From assembly GCA_029838195.1 (NCBI GenBank), contig JALGVJ010000004.1:128001-192000 (forward strand): DNA of 64,000 bases, written 5' to 3'. Below the pieces are notes generated by a model that did not search any database, was not told the origin of the DNA, and saw only the letters and a list, made by a program, of their open reading frames with translations. The position numbers and the translations under genes were made by a program. Positions within the stretch are counted from its first letter, which is position 1. Each line of letters opens with the position of its first letter. Source of the stretch: Promethearchaeota archaeon. Lineage in GTDB: Archaea; Asgardarchaeota; Lokiarchaeia; Sigyniarchaeales; SOKP01. Shown here piece by piece: positions 62,202-64,000 of this stretch.

Positions 62202-63050
62202 TTATTTTTCCTTTTCCATTAAACCTCTTTTTGATAAAAGTTCCTGGCTTGAACGATGAGGTGTTCTTAAAACGGTATCGTTGGATTTCTCTATTTCTCG
62301 AGCATCATCACACATTTTAGCAGCATAACGCATCATTTCATGGGCAGCAGCCAATAATGGCATGTATTCCTCCCGCTCTTTTAAAACAAAACAAGCTTTA
62401 CTCGTTACCTTTGATACGGAGCTTGCTAGATTAAATGCAGCAATGGCTTTTGCTCGTGCATATGGATTAGAAAATCCGGCAATTTCAGTCGCCAACTCTG
62501 CCGTGATTTCAATTTGAGGAAGTACCGGAGCCTTGCCTTCTAACATGTCCATAATAACTTTATTTAATTCAACAACTATAACTTGTAAAGCACCTGTTAT
62601 AGCTAATACTTTTAATAAATCAGAATTGAATAAACTCATTTCTATCGGATCCAAAAAGGGGCGTCGAGCGCCAATCATGGAATCACAATCTACTAAGATA
62701 TAACCCATGCCTTTTTCTTTAATTTCTTCTATTGCTTTTTTAGCGGGAGCATCAGAAATTACTATTGCGGGTATTTGTCCGACCATTTCTCTTATTTGTT
62801 TAGGGCCTTTCAATGCGGCATTAGGCGAACTCATGATTATCAATTCGGGTTTCCAAGCTAATAATTCTTCCATGGCTTTCACACAGACTTCAGGGGGGTG
62901 CATGGCAGCACCAGATGTGACTTCTCTCACTTCAAGTCGAGTTGCTTCAGCTCTCTCATCAATGAGAAAAGCTAACAAAAGAGAGCTTCCAATAGTACCA
63001 TTTTTGAGAATTCCGATTTTTAATTTCTTTTCTTCGCTCATTATTCTCAA
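62202..63050 (-). CDS. mtd: F420-dependent methylene-H4MPT dehydrogenase
   Basis: LIDERA, SPNAALKGP, DSMIGARRPFLDPIEM, FSNPYARAKA, AAHEM, RTPH. Confidence 0.95.
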   Translation of the reverse strand: MRIMSEEKKLKIGILKNGTIGSSLLLAFLIDERAEATRLEVREVTSGAAMHPPEVCVKAMEELLAWKPELIIMSSPNAALKGPKQIREMVGQIPAIVISDAPAKKAIEEIKEKGMGYILVDCDSMIGARRPFLDPIEMSLFNSDLLKVLAITGALQVIVVELNKVIMDMLEGKAPVLPQIEITAELATEIAGFSNPYARAKAIAAFNLASSVSKVTSKACFVLKEREEYMPLLAAAHEMMRYAAKMCDDAREIEKSNDTVLRTPHRSSQELLSKRGLMEKEK

Positions 63051-63214
63051 CTTTTAATTTCTTCTTGTTATTACTCTTAAATTTTTTACTATATTAATAG
63101 TTTAATTTTTTTTTAACTTTTAAATAAGATTGAAAACTAACTATTTTAACAAGAATTGAAATTGAAATGAAATGTGAAATTTGAAAAATAAATTACCGAT
63201 AAAAGGATTAAAAA

Positions 63215-64000
63215 ATGGAATTAAATGGAGTTGAAATTGAAGATACATATTGCGAAGCGTTTGGGAGCTTTCTTTCAAGAATTATCGTTACGGCTAAGAA
63301 TGAAAAGTGGGCAAAAATTGCTGCTCAAGTAGCCACGGGATATGGCACGTCTACAATTCATTGCGACGCAGAAGCGGGATTTGATGTCTTGATTCCCGCC
63401 GATCAAACCCCGGATAAACGTCCTGGCGTGGCTTTAATGTTTTTTGTTGGAAAGAAGGAAAAAATAGGAAATGTTGTCATGAATCGATTAGGACAATGTG
63501 TTCTGACCTGTCCTACTACTGCTTGTTTTGATGGAATGAAGGAATCCTTAGATCCGAGTAAGGTTTTTGAGATTAAAATTGGAGCAAATTTAAGATATTT
63601 TGGTGATAAGTTCGAAGAAAAGATAGAAGGCACGTATGATTTTGAAGCGTGGAGAATCCCGGTCATGGATGGGGAATTCATCTGCCAAAGCCTGGCTAAA
63701 GTTGGAAAAGGGATTGCAGGAGGTAATTTTTTGATAATCGCAAAAGATCAAGATTCTGGACTTGCAGCTGCTGAAAAGGCTATAGAAGCTATTAATAATG
63801 TTGAAAATGTCATTGCACCATTTCCAGGAGGCATTGCAAGATCTGGTTCAAAAGTTGGTTCGAAATATAGTTTTTTAAATGCTAGTACGAATGATCGTTA
63901 TTGTCCCACGTTAAGAACTAAGATTGAAAATTCTGCGTTGAAAGAAGGGGATAATTGCGTGTATGAAGTCATATTAGATGGAGCGACAGAAGATGCCATA
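63215..64000 (+). CDS. ftr: Formylmethanofuran:H4MPT formyltransferase, 3' end outside window
   Basis: Hand translation MELNGVEIEDTYCEAF...CDAEAG...TPDKRPG...RLGQCVLTCPTTACF...IPVMDGEF...GIAGGNF...PFPGGIARSGSKVGSKY. Confidence 0.96.
   Translation, partial: MELNGVEIEDTYCEAFGSFLSRIIVTAKNEKWAKIAAQVATGYGTSTIHCDAEAGFDVLIPADQTPDKRPGVALMFFVGKKEKIGNVVMNRLGQCVLTCPTTACFDGMKESLDPSKVFEIKIGANLRYFGDKFEEKIEGTYDFEAWRIPVMDGEFICQSLAKVGKGIAGGNFLIIAKDQDSGLAAAEKAIEAINNVENVIAPFPGGIARSGSKVGSKYSFLNASTNDRYCPTLRTKIENSALKEGDNCVYEVILDGATEDAI

Noticed and set aside
2233-63681. Many short ORFs in the track antisense to or nested within long genes
   Set aside because: They are shadow frames of well-supported CDS with no motifs of their own
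54579-64000. mch, mtd and ftr as a sign of methanogenesis
   Set aside because: No mcr or mtr genes in the window; the H4MPT branch is an established part of the Wood-Ljungdahl pathway in non-methanogenic Asgard archaea
1-64000. CRISPR array, tRNA or rRNA genes, prophage
   Set aside because: No regularly spaced repeats, cloverleaf-like GC islands, integrase or virion genes were seen by eye

Overview
AT-rich archaeal chromosomal segment that looks like an Asgard archaeon (Lokiarchaeia-type). This is inferred from a Snf7/ESCRT-III gene, Rab-like and Rag-like small GTPases, a roadblock protein, an LRR/HEAT protein, a presenilin-like protease and eL33, alongside H4MPT methyl-branch genes (mch, mtd, ftr). 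About 50 CDS are mostly housekeeping or catabolic. I saw no rRNA, tRNA or CRISPR array. Most notable: (1) a FYVE-like Zn-finger / coiled-coil / PH-GRAM-like / steadiness-box-like protein two genes from an orphan ESCRT-III gene, a candidate ESCRT adaptor; (2) three genes whose conserved N-termini seem to need non-canonical start codons (ATA for XPD, ACG for a C69 Ntn-hydrolase, ATT for a small HTH protein), each behind an SD-like motif; (3) a ~210 bp protein-free IS200/IS605 derivative that seems to keep a TnpB omega-RNA-like scaffold; (4) a ~313 bp MITE with 23-bp inverted repeats; (5) a TPP enzyme / class III aminotransferase / AOR / MFS / SuyAB-UxaA cluster that may be organosulfonate catabolism; (6) a Zn-ribbon insertion in MTAP; (7) several broken genes. 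All family calls come from motif recognition by eye; no database searches were run.
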